A stretch of 64,000 bases of DNA from Moniliella sp. 'wahieum' (taxonomy: Eukaryota), in contig RSEE01000004.1 in assembly GCA_003971905.1 (NCBI GenBank), forward strand, positions 1,178,001 to 1,242,000, given 5' to 3'. Under the pieces are notes generated by a model. That model had not been told where the DNA came from and searched no databases. It saw only the letters and a program-made list of their open reading frames with translations. Made by a program: the position numbers and the translations under genes. Shown here in pieces: positions 49,860 to 63,820 of the stretch (the first letter of the stretch is position 1; each line of letters starts with the position of its first letter).

Positions 49860-51324
49860 TTAGCTTGTGTTGATGGCACCCACAGCGTCTGGGCGTTGCT
49901 GTCATCTCCTTGTCAGTACCACATCCACCCACAGCAAGGATGACGCTGACGCACCCGGCAAAAATCAGATCCAGCGCCGTGCCCCCTACAGCCATGCGCG
50001 CCAAGCGAGAGCGGCAGAGTTCGTACCACTCCGCGGGAGTTGGGTACTCTTCGCTCATCGGGCCCAGCGGCTGAGACATCCAAACCAGGCGGGCCTGACC
50101 AAACGCCTCCAATGCTTCAGGAAGTACAAAGGCCAGTCGAGCTGCGAGTTCAGCAAGTGCCGTTTTGCGATCTTTGGCAAGCTCTGACACATCTGCCCCT
50201 CCATGGGGAGCGGGCACACGTTCGGGCAGCGGCAGAGGGCTGAGCATCAGGTACGTTCTGGGTTCCAGGGATAGGGACGAGGCAAATTCGTGCCACGCCC
50301 TCGATGTTCTTGTGCCGCACAGCCATTTGCGTGCTAAGGAGATCGGGCATGCCCCCCCATTTGCTGGTAGTGGGAGTTAGTCTATTATCCCGTCAATCGG
50401 GCAGCAACGTACAACGATGGGGGGGTGCCTGTCCCGCCGCATCCCTAGCAGCTTGGGCGAGGACCAAATCAAATGAAGTTCGCCGAACGCCAATCAAGTT
50501 GTCCTTGGCCAGCGCATCCCGCCCTGACAACAAATCGACCACCAAGGTTGAGACCCCTGGCCCAGCCATGAGGGCGGCGAGGGCGGTGCCATGGGGCCCC
50601 TGAGGAGCGAACTCTTGGCCGAGCGGGGGGGGCTACAGCCGCTATTTTATCCAAGGGAGTATCCGCCAGCAGATCACGGGGGTGAACCCAGTATACCTTG
50701 ATCCCCTCCACGTCTGCAGGGGTAGGTGCCTCTGAGGCAAGTGCAACATAGGCAACGACGGTGGTGTGATGAGCGGCATCCCAGTGAGCCTCTTTGGGCT
50801 GTGAGGCAGCAGGGAGGACGAGGACAACCTGGTTGGGGTGCGCACGCGGCGGCGGGCTGGCGGGGCGCGGGCGGGTGGGAAGGGAAGCCAGGCTCAGCTG
50901 AGGTCGGCGGGCGGCATGGAGGAGGCGGTGGTGGGCGAGCTGCAAGGCCAGGTAGGCACCCTGCCGCTGGCCCCCGGCGCGCAGCGGCGCCACACGCCAG
51001 CTGCCGCCTGCGGCACGTGACCAGCAGCTCCACTGCAAGCCCACGCCGGCAGGTTTCAGCATTGACTTTCCTTTTATCTCAGTCTCGAGTCCCCTGCACA
51101 CAACCTTATTGAGACGCTAGACAAGCTCTTTTCTATGGTGCGCGAGTACTCGGGACACGAGTCCGGCCCTGCAACATGAGCAGTAGTGGACTGGCTGGCG
51201 AGCACGGGCGGGCTTGATGCATGATGGAAACAAACTTCTTAACTTTCGCGACCATCAGTCCGAGTTGGCGATCGTTCTCTTCCCTCGCTTGCCTCGTCGC
51301 CAAAGGTCGCACCTCTTTCCTCAC
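49860..51324 (-). CDS. Hypothetical protein (fragmented)
   Basis: Chain of protein-like minus-strand ORF pieces (50469-51101, 50150-50350, 5' part of 49186-50247); no family recognised; ends approximate. Confidence 0.4.
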
Positions 51325-51713
51325 CCACCGGTTTTGGTGGCAGGAATGGACCGGTCTTTCGTCTGTGGTGCAGTCTACCTTCGTCAGATCTCAGAGCTGA
51401 TCAAGCACGCCACATGGCTGGGAGCAAAATGCTACCCGGCGGGGATGGGGAACCGGAGCGCTTTGTCGATGCTCCCCAGCTAGACAATGACGCACCCGCA
51501 ATCACCCAAATCACCCCTTTGGTTCATAAGCACACGACGTACGACTAAGATGGTAAGAAGCATGAGTGCAGCATCGATGGTGGAGTAAATATCATTGTGT
51601 TATGCCTCACAACCCCCGTCGGCCCTGAAAAAGTTGTACGTGTATGATGTGGGCCCGACTTGTAGGGCGGCGAGTGGAATGTACCACGTTTAGGGGAAGA
51701 TCCTAACTTGAAG

Positions 51714-53708
51714 TTAAAGAGGCGAGCGACCCGTGATTTCCTCCGCGAAGCGCTCGGCCATAGCGTAGATGGTGGCCGAGAGGTGGGAAGATCTGGAAGG
51801 GGATGGTGGCGCCATCCACAACACGGAGGGAGCCGTTGCTCACACCGTACACCGTGCCGTCGGGGTAGACCACACCGCCGAGCTCACGGGGCGCCATCTG
51901 CGCCGTGCCGATCTGGGCGCGACGGGCTGGTAGGCTGCGCCCCACTTCTGCCAGTCGGCGTAGGAACCATAGTTCTCGTCATTGGGGACAGTGGCATTGC
52001 CAGGCGCATACTCTTCGCCAAGCATGTCCGAAAGAGGAGCCGTCTGAGTAATCTTACGGGCGCCACGCCAGCCAGCAATGGTGATGTCCCAGTCAAGGGG
52101 CACCGAGAAGAAGCGAGGGTCAATGATGGCCTGAGTGAAGGGGTTGGAGTCGGCAATGTGGATGCTGCCCCGGTGAAGGGGATCAAGATCCAAGCATCTT
52201 GGCCAAAGCCAGGTAGAGCCGTAGTCGACAAAGTACTCAAACACCGACACATTCTGAGCCCAGATGTTCTGCTCAATCACGTCCCACTGAGCCAGAAGAG
52301 CTTCGGGGGAAACTGCGCCGCCGTTGAGGGCAGTCTCGTTGGCCCATTGGATCCTGTTGGCAGTGAACCAGTCGTGGACATCGGACGCGTTCGAAAACAG
52401 TTGCTGGATGTTGGGCAGACCCAGCGTGTTCGACGGGCCCGTGCCAGTAAGTTGCGCGTGTTGTTGCTGGCAATGCTGATCTTGGTCTGATCGTGCAAGT
52501 TAGCACCGACACCAGGCAAGTCGATAATGGGAGTCACACCGGCAGCCTTGAGAACAGTTGCATTCCCGACGCCACTGCGCTCAAGGATGGTACTCGAGCC
52601 AAGAGCCACCAGCCGCAACAATCACACCGGCGGTCGCGTTGAGGGCGACGGGAGCTCGTCCGCAGCGTGCTGGATCTCGGCACCAGTGACGCGGAAGGGC
52701 TCAGAGGAGTCGTTGAACAGCGCACGGGCCCCACGCCAGCCAACGAGAACGTGCAGGTTGGTACGAGAGAACTCAATAGGCGAAAGGTACGCGGTGGCAG
52801 AGGAAGAACGGACAGCACCGTCGGGGTTGTCGGGCGTAGTGGCAATGGAGTTAGGCACAAAGGAGACAAGCCCGTGCACGTCGCCCGTAGCGCTTGCATC
52901 AGTCAGGTTGATCTGAGTTCCAAGGCAGTGTGGCTTGCAGCCGAGTACGCCTGGCTGTAACCATCGGTGTACATGCGGCGACTGAGAGAGAGAGTGAGTG
53001 CTGTTGGGTGGTTGTTGTTGTCTGCCGGGGTGTAGCTCACCTGCACATGGCCGCCCTCACCATGAAGAGACTATAAAGGATGGGATGTTAGCTATTCTGA
53101 TCCTGTGGCAATGAGAAAGAACACGTACAGGAACAATTTTGCCGGTGCCTTCGCTTTGCTGATAATCGTTAGGAATAGTGTAGTTCTCCACTGCCTTGAG
53201 ATAGGGGAGGAACTCTTGCCAGCGGTAGGCTTTCGTCCGGAGTACTCAGAGAAAGAGTCGTACGCTCGACAGCGGCACGGCACCATGTACCGCCGTTGAC
53301 GGAGCTGGAACCACCAAGAGTCTTGCCGGCGTCGAAGCTCTTGTTACCCCCAACTTGCTCGGTGGTGTTGTACATCCAGTCAAGCCCCGAAGTGGTGGTG
53401 AGAGCTTCACCATAGGCGTTGATAGTGCTGATGGCAGGAGAGGTACGGTTGTCTCCGCCCGCCTCGACGACCAGAACGCGGGTTGCGTTGTCCTCCGAAA
53501 GACGTTGGCCATCACCAAGCCGGCAAGACCACCGCCGAGGATGATCCAGTCGTACGTCTGGTTTTGAACCACGTTGATGTCCGAAGTGATGACCAGGCAT
53601 TGCTCGCCTCGGCCATGCCCGTGCCGTGGCCGGGAACGGCCGTGCGTCAGTCATGGCTAACGTAGCAAGCGCACTGGCGCCAGCCAAGAATGTGTTGCGG
53701 CCAACCAT
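51714..53708 (-). CDS. Secreted GMC oxidoreductase (AA3_2, glucose oxidase/dehydrogenase-like)
   Basis: Signal peptide, YDWIILGGGLAGL, VLVVEAG, GKTLGGSSSVNG, RSSSATAYL, LERSGVG, DLPGVGANLHD, PLHRGSIHI, IGTAQM..ELGGVV, LRVVDG, SHL. Confidence 0.9.
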
Positions 53709-55676
53709 GACAAGGAGATTGATGGTAGGAGGTGGTGGACCCATGGTTTGGAGGCGAAGTGTTCCGTATATATACGTGGTTGTCCAAACCAGCCCGTCTT
53801 CTCGCCAAGAGACTGGAGCTTGACGGCTGGCTGAAGCGCACGCGCCAACTGAGGACCGAGTATACCTTGCGTCCAGAGAAAAACTTGTGATGTGTCCATG
53901 TACACAGCAACCGGCAAGCGTTCATCACGTTCATCGATCTCATCATGCATCGTGCAATGGGTGCGTATTGGTTGATTGAGAAAAATGTATGATGCACACT
54001 GCATGTGGTGCATGATAATGATGCAATCATTAAAATGAGGTTACTGGTGAGACGTAACTGATTGAGATAGCAACCCGACTCCAGATGCGGCTCAAGTCGA
54101 ACGGTGAAGTTCATGACGCGTGGCGTACGTTTCAAAAGCTTGAGCGTTTGAGAGCTTGAGCGGGAGACCGGAGGCTCTGAAGAGAGAGAGGTTCCTGTGT
54201 GCATCACGCGTAACGCGTAACGCAGCATGACTATCATGAACATGGCGCATGTTGGTGTGTTGGTTGACTCCATCCTGCCGATGTGAGTACGTGAGTACCT
54301 GCAAGTCGAAAGACCCCGAAACCTGTCCCCCAAGCCCATTGTGGCCCACCAGGGCCGGTGACTTCTCGGAAGCGAGAGGGAGAGGGGGAACATCACATGT
54401 CACGCGCGTCATATGTCACATGTCACAGAAGAGAGGGCAGAAGGCAAATTAAAGGGGCAAAGCCCACAAAACAAGGGGGCGGCATTTACTTCTCATCTAC
54501 TACCGATGATTGGACTCGAAGAGCACACTTGAGATCGATAGAGATGTGAGAACGCAATTGAGACGGATCCTTCTTTGTATCGCACACTAGTTGCGCGGAG
54601 ATGAGCCCTTTCTCTGAGTGTTCAGAGGGGTACAGTGTGTACGGGTTTGCGTCATGCATCAAGCTTGACCTAGACAGTGCCCCAGAGAGTACCCCCAGCC
54701 ACAGCAAGCCCCGATGACTCTGGCGGGCTAGGATATGCTCGCAAATGCAGTAATGCAATGCAAGCCCGAGAAAAATCAATCGAGATCATCGATCACCGAC
54801 GGTCGTCCGCACAGGAAGAAGCCAAACTGGTTTGGCGTTTGAGGCGGGACAACAATCGCATCCTTCACATCGTACGTAGGCGTCATGCGCATCATACATC
54901 GTCGATCATCGACCGACGTCCCTACGTACTATGATCACGCCATACGCCCGAATAAGACACTAAAGCCCGTGACGCGTGACGCGTGAGTCGCGAATATGCA
55001 TAACCGGAACGGAAGACAGAGGGTACTATCCTCTTATCACCGGCCACCTCTCAGTAGTACACGACGAAGGGCAGCAAATGTGCATTGTGGAGAGGAGAGG
55101 GAGGATCAGATCGATCAGTACCCGCCAAGTCCTCCAGGGACGCACTCAAGGGTCATTAATCATTAATCATTTTTCTTCCCTTGGCCATGACGCGCGGATA
55201 TACTGTGCCACCAATGTAAAGACAGCCAAGAAGAGTTGCTTGAAGAGCACTGGGAAACCCTTTTACTGAGGAGTCTCATCGGAGACACGGCTCATCGCTC
55301 CTAGTGCTTATGCAGCTCTCGTGTCGAACACCCCCATTTCGGATCCAAAACACGTGCGCCGTCCAGTTTGGAAACGAATGCCGCGGGAGAACCATAAAGA
55401 GTCCCGACACATGCAGTTTCGGCGACTTCTGCCTATAATTGCGCGGGAACGAGTATGCAGGACACACACCGAAGATGGGCGAGCCTGGTATATAGGCCAA
55501 GCGTTTCTCTGTACCATAAGTGCATCAGCCTTAAGCTCTGTATAAATGAGACAACGTATAGAATGCAGATTGTAATATGGTCGATGCACATGCATGAGAA
55601 GAGGGAATGGAAATCGAGAGAGAAACACCCTTTTGCATGGGCGCGCCATGATGCATGAAGGCTCAACAACAGACCC

Positions 55677-57576
55677 TCAAGCCGCGGACGAGATGGCCTT
55701 CTCCGCCTGGCGTATCTCCCCCTCCTCCTCCGGCCCAGCCACAGTAGAAGGATCTGTCGAGTCGCCTGGCTCCGCCACACTCGCTTCCGTTTCTTCTCAG
55801 CTTCCCGTTGGAGGTGCTGCGGCTTCCGATCAATTTTGGCCCTCCGAGCGCCCAGCACAGGTCCCTCCATCTGTCCCGTATGGGGTTTGTGCCGAGGCGT
55901 ACGGCGAGCGGGCGCGAATGGTAGCCCCTTTCCAAATCAAAATAAATGAAGTGGGATGGCAATGGCGATGAGCAAACTCAAGAGCAAGCCTGCGTATTGA
56001 ATCCCATGTTGTTAAACATTTGCGTAGTGTACAGGGGGAAACTGGCCGCCATCAAGTTACGAATGAAGCCTTGTGCCCCGATGGCCGATGCGCTCGCTTC
56101 GCCATACGCGTCGGTCAAATAGGCCTGGACCGATTGGAAGATCCAGACAATGCCAGCCAAGACGAGCACCAAGCCGATCTGGGGTGCAATCCAGTGCACC
56201 CATGAATAGGCACCTGTAAACGAAAAGATAAACATCCCAATCGAACACACAATTCCTCCCGCCGCGCCATAATACAGCCGCACTTCTGGCACACCGACCC
56301 CACCATTCGCCCGAGCGGATTTGTTGTAGAGGTACGAGTCATGGAATAGGAACCCCCATCCTATAAACGTACCGATGATCGGGCCAATGTAGGCCAAACC
56401 TGTGTTCCCTTCGGACCAGCCCCGAATTTTGGAAAAAGCGAGGGGGACAGCCGAGAACATGGCAAAGATCAAGCTCCACGAGTAGGCCAACCAGAGCGAA
56501 AAGAAGAGGACCACAGGTTCTCGCACGATCATGATGGCAGCACGAGAGGTAGAGACCTTGAGCAGATCCATCAGACTCGGCATCTCCAACTCGTCTGGGG
56601 AACGGTACCGATTGTCACCCGTTTGCTTGCGCAGCTTTTTCGCTCGGCGCGAAAGGAGGGCTGAGCCGCGAGTCTCGCGGAGGAAGATACACTCCATGAT
56701 GAGAAATCCACCATTGATGGCCATCTGAATCCACTCAATGCCACGCCAGCCAAGATTGGACTTGGCGTCAATGTAGCCCGCATAGAGGGGGGAGGCCGTG
56801 GTGCCCAAGACGGCAACCAATGTAAAGAGCGCAACGGGCAAACCAATCTCGTTTGGACGGAAGATCGATGCCAAGGTACCGGGAATAATCGTCGTGCCCG
56901 CGGCCCCGGACACGCCCGAAAAGAAGCGGCCAACAATCACAGTTGCGATGCCTTGGGCAGTAAAGAGGGGGATGAACCAAATGACAAAAGCGGCATAGCA
57001 GACGAGATAGACAGGTTGCGCACCAACAAACTCGGTCAACGGACCCAGAACGGGTGGCACCAATGCAAACGCGACGTTAAAGATGGTAAATCCCAACTGG
57101 CCAAGTTCCTTGGCTGCGTACATTGTAGGGAAAGGGAGGAGGAAGAGAAAGTGGAAATGATGAGGGGGAGGGGGTCAGCATTGTACCTTGACATAGAGGG
57201 GAAGAAAACCCGAAGGACTTACGTGAATGCAGTTCCTTGCACATCCTACTCACGCCCGAGCCATATGCAGCGGTCGCCAGCCCGGTCCCTAGGGTCATGC
57301 AGCAGAGCAAGCCTGTATTTGTCCACTTTTTGCCATAGACCAGTTCATCGGGTTGAGCGGATCGTCGGGACCATCCCAATCAACGAGGATAATGTTGCCA
57401 ACATCAATGTCCTGTTGTAATTGCGGGTTGTGATGAGGCTGCACTTCTTGGTGGGAAGCAGAAGTGCGCTCGATGCTTGAACCTGACGTTGGGCTGGGGT
57501 TGGCATCGGCGTCGGTGGTCTGGTACTGTTCTCCTTGAGGGAAAAAGTCGGCGCGGATGTTGGTCTGCTTTTTCAT
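55677..57576 (-). CDS. MFS transporter, DHA1 drug:H+ antiporter-like
   Basis: VDWDGPDDPLNPMNWS, LGPLTEFVGAQPVY, GRFFSG, LGWR, FLRET...LL.RRAKKLRK.TG, EPVV, PEVRL, YLTDAY..SASA, FPLYT.QMF. Confidence 0.9.
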
Positions 57577-59511
57577 GGTGGGCTGAACGGCGAACGGATT
57601 GAGGATAGCGGCTGTGAAGAGCTTCAGGTGTTGGCAGACAAAAGACGAATTCTCAGCATTACGTCGTTGGACAACGCATTTATACTCGACGGGGGTGAGA
57701 GGAGAGGTGGGGGTGTGATCTGGCAGGGATGGCTTCGTGCGCACATTGGCAACAGTGAATAGGGATGTGTCAGCATCTCACAAGTGCCCAGTACATCCGT
57801 GTGAGCAGGACCTGTGTTGTTGTGGGGAGGGAGAGGCCATCGGGATGCCAGCAGCCCGCATTAGTGATCGATGATCGAAATCGATGTTCATGGGGCGGAC
57901 CGGTGAGACAAGTGCAGACGCTGCACCGGCGAGGGAGCGGCATCCATGTCATCAGTCATCCTGTCGTCTTCACGTATCCTTGGCCGCCGAAAGTGTGGCG
58001 GAGAGCGGCATGTGGCACCACAGCTTGGGCGTTGCCGAGAGAGGGACTTCCATCGTAGTTCCTAGGGGGTTGTTCGCCGACCCCAGCCCCGAAACAACAG
58101 GCGCCACAGGCCCTGTGTTGGAGCCCCCACCCCTATACTCCCCCTCTCGACCATTGCCCGCATTGTTTGATTTTGAGATGGTCGTCTGGTGCTCAGGCTG
58201 GGTGCGGCTCACAGAAGAGCGGCGCCGCTCACACTCAGCGTGCTGAGTTCAGCGCTCACAGATCACCTCAGGCCTCACACCACACCACAACTTCGTCTCA
58301 GCCATTACTTAGTACACCGCCACACGCTTAGAAGCGACTTGCCCGACCACCACCTTCCAGGTACTTTTGGAGTCCCGCATTGGGGCTCCAAGTTTTCTCC
58401 CCGCTGTCATCATCCGCTTGTTGGGGCGGAGAAGCGGGACGGACCACAGGCTGCCTGCAAACCAACAACCGAAAGGAGCGGACAGGGCCGTGGTGGCAGC
58501 TGCGCGCCCTAACCTGATCGCGATGATCATCAGTCATCGACTCATCATATGATTTTGCGCTTCTTCTTCGCCGCCACAAACGCGAAAACGTTTCACCATT
58601 TGCATTGCAGGAACATTGAACGCCCTGAACGCTGAACCACGCCCAACTCAGCGCTGAACATACTAAGCGGCATATGAACATGAACCTCATCCCACGCCTT
58701 CTAGTTCTGCCCGTTCGCGCGCATCGCGCATCGTCATTCGGAAAAAACATATTGCTTTTCCAAACCTTGCCAACGACCTTGACCGGGGTGAACTCACCCT
58801 CTCTCAGACCTCGTGTCCCTCGGACGTGAGCTCTTCTTAGATCTCACGCGTTAAGACCCTCCTCTCACCCCGTCTCTGTACAGTCCGCCTATTCTGCCCC
58901 ACTAATTTGTCCATACTCCAGCAAGACCAAACCGTAGTCAAGGGCCCAGAATCTGATCTCATATTGAGAGGGGCGCAGGCGCCCAGGCCTCTCAGGACAT
59001 CTTCCCGCACCTCTTCCCCCAGACAAGATTACGTGAGGGACAAGACAGCAGCCAGTGTCCACGGCACTTTTCTCGTGTGGAATCAACGTCGTCATCATCC
59101 AACCGTACGCCCTCAACAGCAACGCTGAGGCCGGCAGTCAATTGGGTATTAGTGAGGAGACCGGTCAACCTGGTGGAAAGAGGGAGAAAGTGAGAATCGT
59201 AGTAGGTGTACCACATGAGCATGGGGACATTGGAAATTGGATCCTGGATCTTGGACGAGATGCCCACAGGACCCTAGAAGTTGCCCTTACACCCAGCGTT
59301 TAGAATGAGCTTGGTACTGAAGTGTCGCACCACATGTTACATGATACACGTTACATGTTACCGATCATCGATAATCTCTAGGCCGAACCAAGACAACGCA
59401 GACAACACAACGCCCAGTACCACTAGGAACGGGGCGGCGGTTGGGGAGAAGGCCTAGGGGTTTGTGAGCAGTGATTAAATCCATTGCTACCATCCCACCT
59501 GCATCAGTGCA

Positions 59512-59853
59512 TCAGTTCAGACTAAAGCTCTTGATGGCTTTCTTTCCCTGCTTGAGCATGGAAACAATGGGCGCTTCCGCGGAATCTTCATCTGGGGGTG
59601 TGGAGGCGAGGTCAGAACGATGAACATCACTCGCTCGTGGGGAAGGGGGGGGGGGGGGTGGACATACAAGCGCGCTGGGCCTCCAAGGCCTTGATGACTT
59701 TGGCCTGGTCATCCGCATCCTTGCCGCTCAGGCCACCTGAATTGTACTCAGCCAAGAATCTTTGTCCGGCAGCGCGGTTGTTGGCCTTGACCTGCAGGAA
59801 GGAGTAGACTCCGACGCCAAAGAGGGCAGCCCAGCTGGGGAGGCGGCGGGCAT
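59512..59853 (-). CDS. Small hypothetical single-TM protein
   Basis: Reconstructed across indels: MP..LPSWAALFGVGVYSFLQVKANN...IVSMLKQGKKAIKSFSLN*. Confidence 0.3.
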
Positions 59854-60315
59854 GGTCAGCATGTGGCTCCTGGGAAGGGCGGGGAAAGAAGGGGGGGCAA
59901 CGCTACCTGCAGAGGATGAGGCTTGGGCGCCCCTTGTACACGGAGCGAGGGCCTCCAGCGACTCTTGGGCTCGACATGGCTGAGTGTGGCGACGAAGCTG
60001 AGAGTGGGACGATTGCAAGTGACAGTGACTGCGCCGGCTGGTGGTTGGCGGAGCGGAATGGAGGCCGGACGGAACAGCGGCATGACTGAAATTTCAGGAC
60101 GCCACGCCACCCCCGCACCTTGCTCGGCGGAAGGCCTGGTGGGGCTGGATCGGTTGATGACTACGTTGATTAGATACAGGGGGGGCTATTACCGGTGCCG
60201 GTTACCAGCCGGATTACCCCCCCAGCAGCCCCGCCATTCGCCCTCGTGCCTCCGCCCCCCATCGCCCAGCCCTGCACGTCTCCTGGCCGCCCACTCGTCC
60301 ATCCCCATCCCCCCC

Positions 60316-63300
60316 ATGGCCCATCTGCCCAAGGCCGAAACTCCGAGCGGACGGCGCTTTGCCCCCGCTGCCGTCTCCGCCCCTCCGTCCCCGCCCAGTC
60401 CCGAGCCCACTCCCACGTCCATGCCATCGCCCATGTATGCTCCCCCTTCTGCCTCTGTCTCCCTGATCCATCTGTGCTAATCTTCCCGCCTTCTCTCTCT
60501 GCGCTCTCTTTTTCTCACCCCAGGGCCGAGAGGGGTGCAAAACCCGTCCTGCCTCGCCGCAACGACGCAGATTGGCTCCCGTCTCTCGCTCCGATCCCTC
60601 TTTCCCCCAGTTTGCCTTCGACGCCCCATGCACACACGAACGTGCATCCGCACCCGCGCCCGCGATCAGTTACTTTCCGCGCACCTCGACCATGGGCTCG
60701 TACGACGACCCGGCGCTGCAAGATGACTTTGTCCGGAGCGCAGGGAACGGGGTACGGGTGGGGTACGAATCGTACATGCTCATTGACTGGACACACGACT
60801 GGATCAAAGAGTCGTTCCGTCTGCGCCGACTCCGTGGGGAGAAGGTGTACGTGGCCGTCTGGATCAGTTGCTCGACAAGTCGCTAGGATGGATCTTGGTC
60901 GTTTGGATTGGCGTGGTAGTGGCGCTGATTGCTGGTGGGGTGGTCATGTCAGAAGCGGTGCTGTTCGATCTCAAAGAAGGCTATTGCCGCGTGGACTGGA
61001 AGCGTTCCCGCCGCTTTTGCTGCCCCGACCAACAGGAGGGTGAATCGTGTGCGGCCTGGGTTGGGTGGGGGACCGATTGGCTTCCACCCCGGCGACTCAG
61101 TGGGTGGCTAGCCACGCGGCTTACCTTGGTTTTGCCGTACGTTCATTTTTTTCATCCCCTCGGTTAATTAGTGATGGGCAGCACCGGACCTGACCACCGC
61201 ATTGATGACAGCTGTTATGGGCGATCAGCGCGTCAGTGTTGACTATCTACCTCACCTCGTCGGACCTATTTGATCCGCCCGCGCCAGGGGGGGCGGTGAC
61301 GGCAGAGTCAGTGTCGCGCCCTGCATCTGTGTTCAAAACGTACGGCACTCTTTCCTCGACTCCGGGTTCGCTCATGGGTCATGTGGCGCGTACGAGTCGG
61401 GTGCAGAAGGCGCTTCCGCCACGCAAGACCCTCTATTGGGGCGCGGGGAGTGGGATTGGCGAAGTGCGTGTGATCCTCAGTGGGGTGGTGATCCATGGGT
61501 ACTTGTACGTATCCCTATTTGTCCTGTCTTTCTCTCAGTCTCTATCTCTCTTTTGGTATGTTCGAGCTAGGGATTGACCCTTTCTTTTGCCCTAGGGGCT
61601 TCTGGGCGCTGGTGACCAAAGCGGTTGGCCTAGCGCTGTCTGTAGCGTCGGGTCTTAACGCAGGGAAAGAAGGTCCGTTTGTGCATATGGCCGCGTGTGT
61701 GGGAAACCTGCTATCACGTTCCATTCCAGGCAAGTACCGTACCAATGAAGCCAAACGCCGGGAAATCATCTCCTGTGCCGCGGCCGCTGGGGTGGCGGTA
61801 GCGTTTGGGGCACCCGTGGGGGGCGTATTATTCTCGCTAGAAGAAGTTTCGCTCCATTTCCCCTCCAAAGTCATGTTCCGTGCGTTTGCCTGTGCTCTCA
61901 CGGCGGCACTGACGTTACGGGCCATTGACCCATTTGGAACGGGACGCATTGTTCTTTTCCAAGTGGAGTACGACACAGATTGGCGGTGGGAAGAGGTGCC
62001 GTTTTTTTCTGTTGCTGGGCGTGTTTGGCGGGATATGGGAGTGTTCACCAAGCTCAACACGTTCTGGGCTCGCACAGTGAGGGGAAAAACAGGCGTTGCA
62101 TCCCATCCCATCGTGGAAGTGGCCGTCACCACTCTCACTGCTTTCCTGGCGTGGAGGAACCCGTACTTGCGTATGGGAGGAGCCGAGCTGATCAGCGAGT
62201 TGTTCCAGGAATGTCATGCACACGATACGTTGGATGGGCTGTGCGTGGGCTCCGAGGACGAAGTACGCCCACTGTTCCTCTCGCTGGGGGTGCGCTGGTG
62301 GCCAAAGCGGGCCTGGCCGTGATCACGTTTGGGCTAAAGTTACCAGCGGGGATTTTCATTCCGTCCTTGGCTGCCGGTGCGCTCTGTGGCCGTCTCCTGG
62401 GGCTAGGCATGCAATACATGCAATGGCGCCATCCCACCTCCTCTTTACTTCACTGGTGTCCCACCGACGCCCCTGCGTCGTCCCTGGCGTCTACGCGATG
62501 GTCGGCGCCGCCGCCACCTTATCGGGTGTGACCCGCACCACAATTTCTTTGGTGGTCATCATGTTTGAGTTAACGGGCCGCTTGACGTACAGTTTGCCCG
62601 TCATGCTGGCCATCTTGTTAGCTCGTACCCTTGCTGACGCACTCGAGCCCGAGAATATTTACGAAAAGGACATCTTGGCCTCGGGCTTGCCTTACCTCAA
62701 CCCCCACCTCCCCCACCATTGGGATGACGCCACTGTCCTCGATGCGCTCGACACGGCCGTCGATCCCATTGGCTCGATCGGAACCAACACCCTAGCCAGC
62801 CTGGAACGCAAGTTGGCCCGTTTGGCCAAGGATTCGGTCATGCCGATGGGGGCTTTCCCCTGTTGCTGCCCGATCCCTCTTGGAACCAAGGCGGCGCAGC
62901 CCGCTTGGTGGGGTACATTTCTGCTTCGGAGCTAGAGCATGCATTGGCCAACTTGCGCCATGCCTCCTTTCCCGATTCGTCGCCGTGCACATTTTTGGCA
63001 CTGGAGGAGCCTGTGCGAGGCGAAGGGGCCCCCTTGGACTTGACCCGTTACGTTGACTCGGCCCCGATCTCGATCCGCATCCACACGCCGCTCGAGCTGG
63101 TGCACAAATACTTTTCCACCTTGGGCCTGCGCTACCTTGTCGTCACCGAGCATGGACGGTTCCGCGGCATGATTTGGAAAAAGAAGTACGTTGCTAGCTG
63201 CGTTGCGGTTGCGTCTATCGTATGCCGGCTTGGTTTCGCTGGCCTGATTTGTGACTCCTGACTAGTGACTGACCAACAACGAATCTGTCTGGCCCTCTGT

Positions 63301-63351
63301 GCAAACAGCTGGATCGACTTTGTGCACCAGGTGGATGCTGCCTCGGGTTGA
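60316..63351 (+). CDS. CLC chloride channel/antiporter with CBS domains (Gef1 family)
   Basis: IDWTHD, DLKEGYC, GSGIGE, GKEGPFVH, FGAPVGGVLFSLEE, PAGIFIPS, YAMVGAAA, VVIMFELTG, IYE, CBS segment FSTLGLRYLVV. Confidence 0.93.
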
Positions 63352-63820
63352 GCAGCGGCCAAGCGCGCCAGGAGGTCTGGACAGGTACACGTCATCCACG
63401 GCAAACATTTTATATCCCGCTGCGCCTGCCATATGCATTCCCCCCACCCCCTTCCTTCTCGTCTCCATCATTTGGCAATACAGCTCATATTCTTGTTGCC
63501 CTCGCTTTACCTCTTCGCGTTGCCATGACCTCCATATGAACATACATGTGAACCTCTTTTACCTTGCCCTTCTTTACTCTTCATGTTTCTACATATATAT
63601 CATCCCCTTTCCCCTCTATATTCTCACCACGAGTCCACAAGCATGCGGATTAGGATACTAGCGGCATACAACTGCAAAAAGTAAATCGTGCGAAGAACGG
63701 GAAAGCAAAGGACAATGGTGGCGCAGGGTAGAAGGGGGGTGGGGGGAGGGCCCAGACCTTACTCACACAGACAGGAGGTCCCAAAGTATATTATATCGTA
63801 GCATGGTAATCATTTCACGG

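Noticed and set aside
51714..57576. GMC oxidase plus MFS as a secondary-metabolite cluster
   Set aside because: No backbone enzyme or regulator nearby.
58889..59300. Short ORFs or possible element remnant
   Set aside because: No motifs or repeats that support a call.
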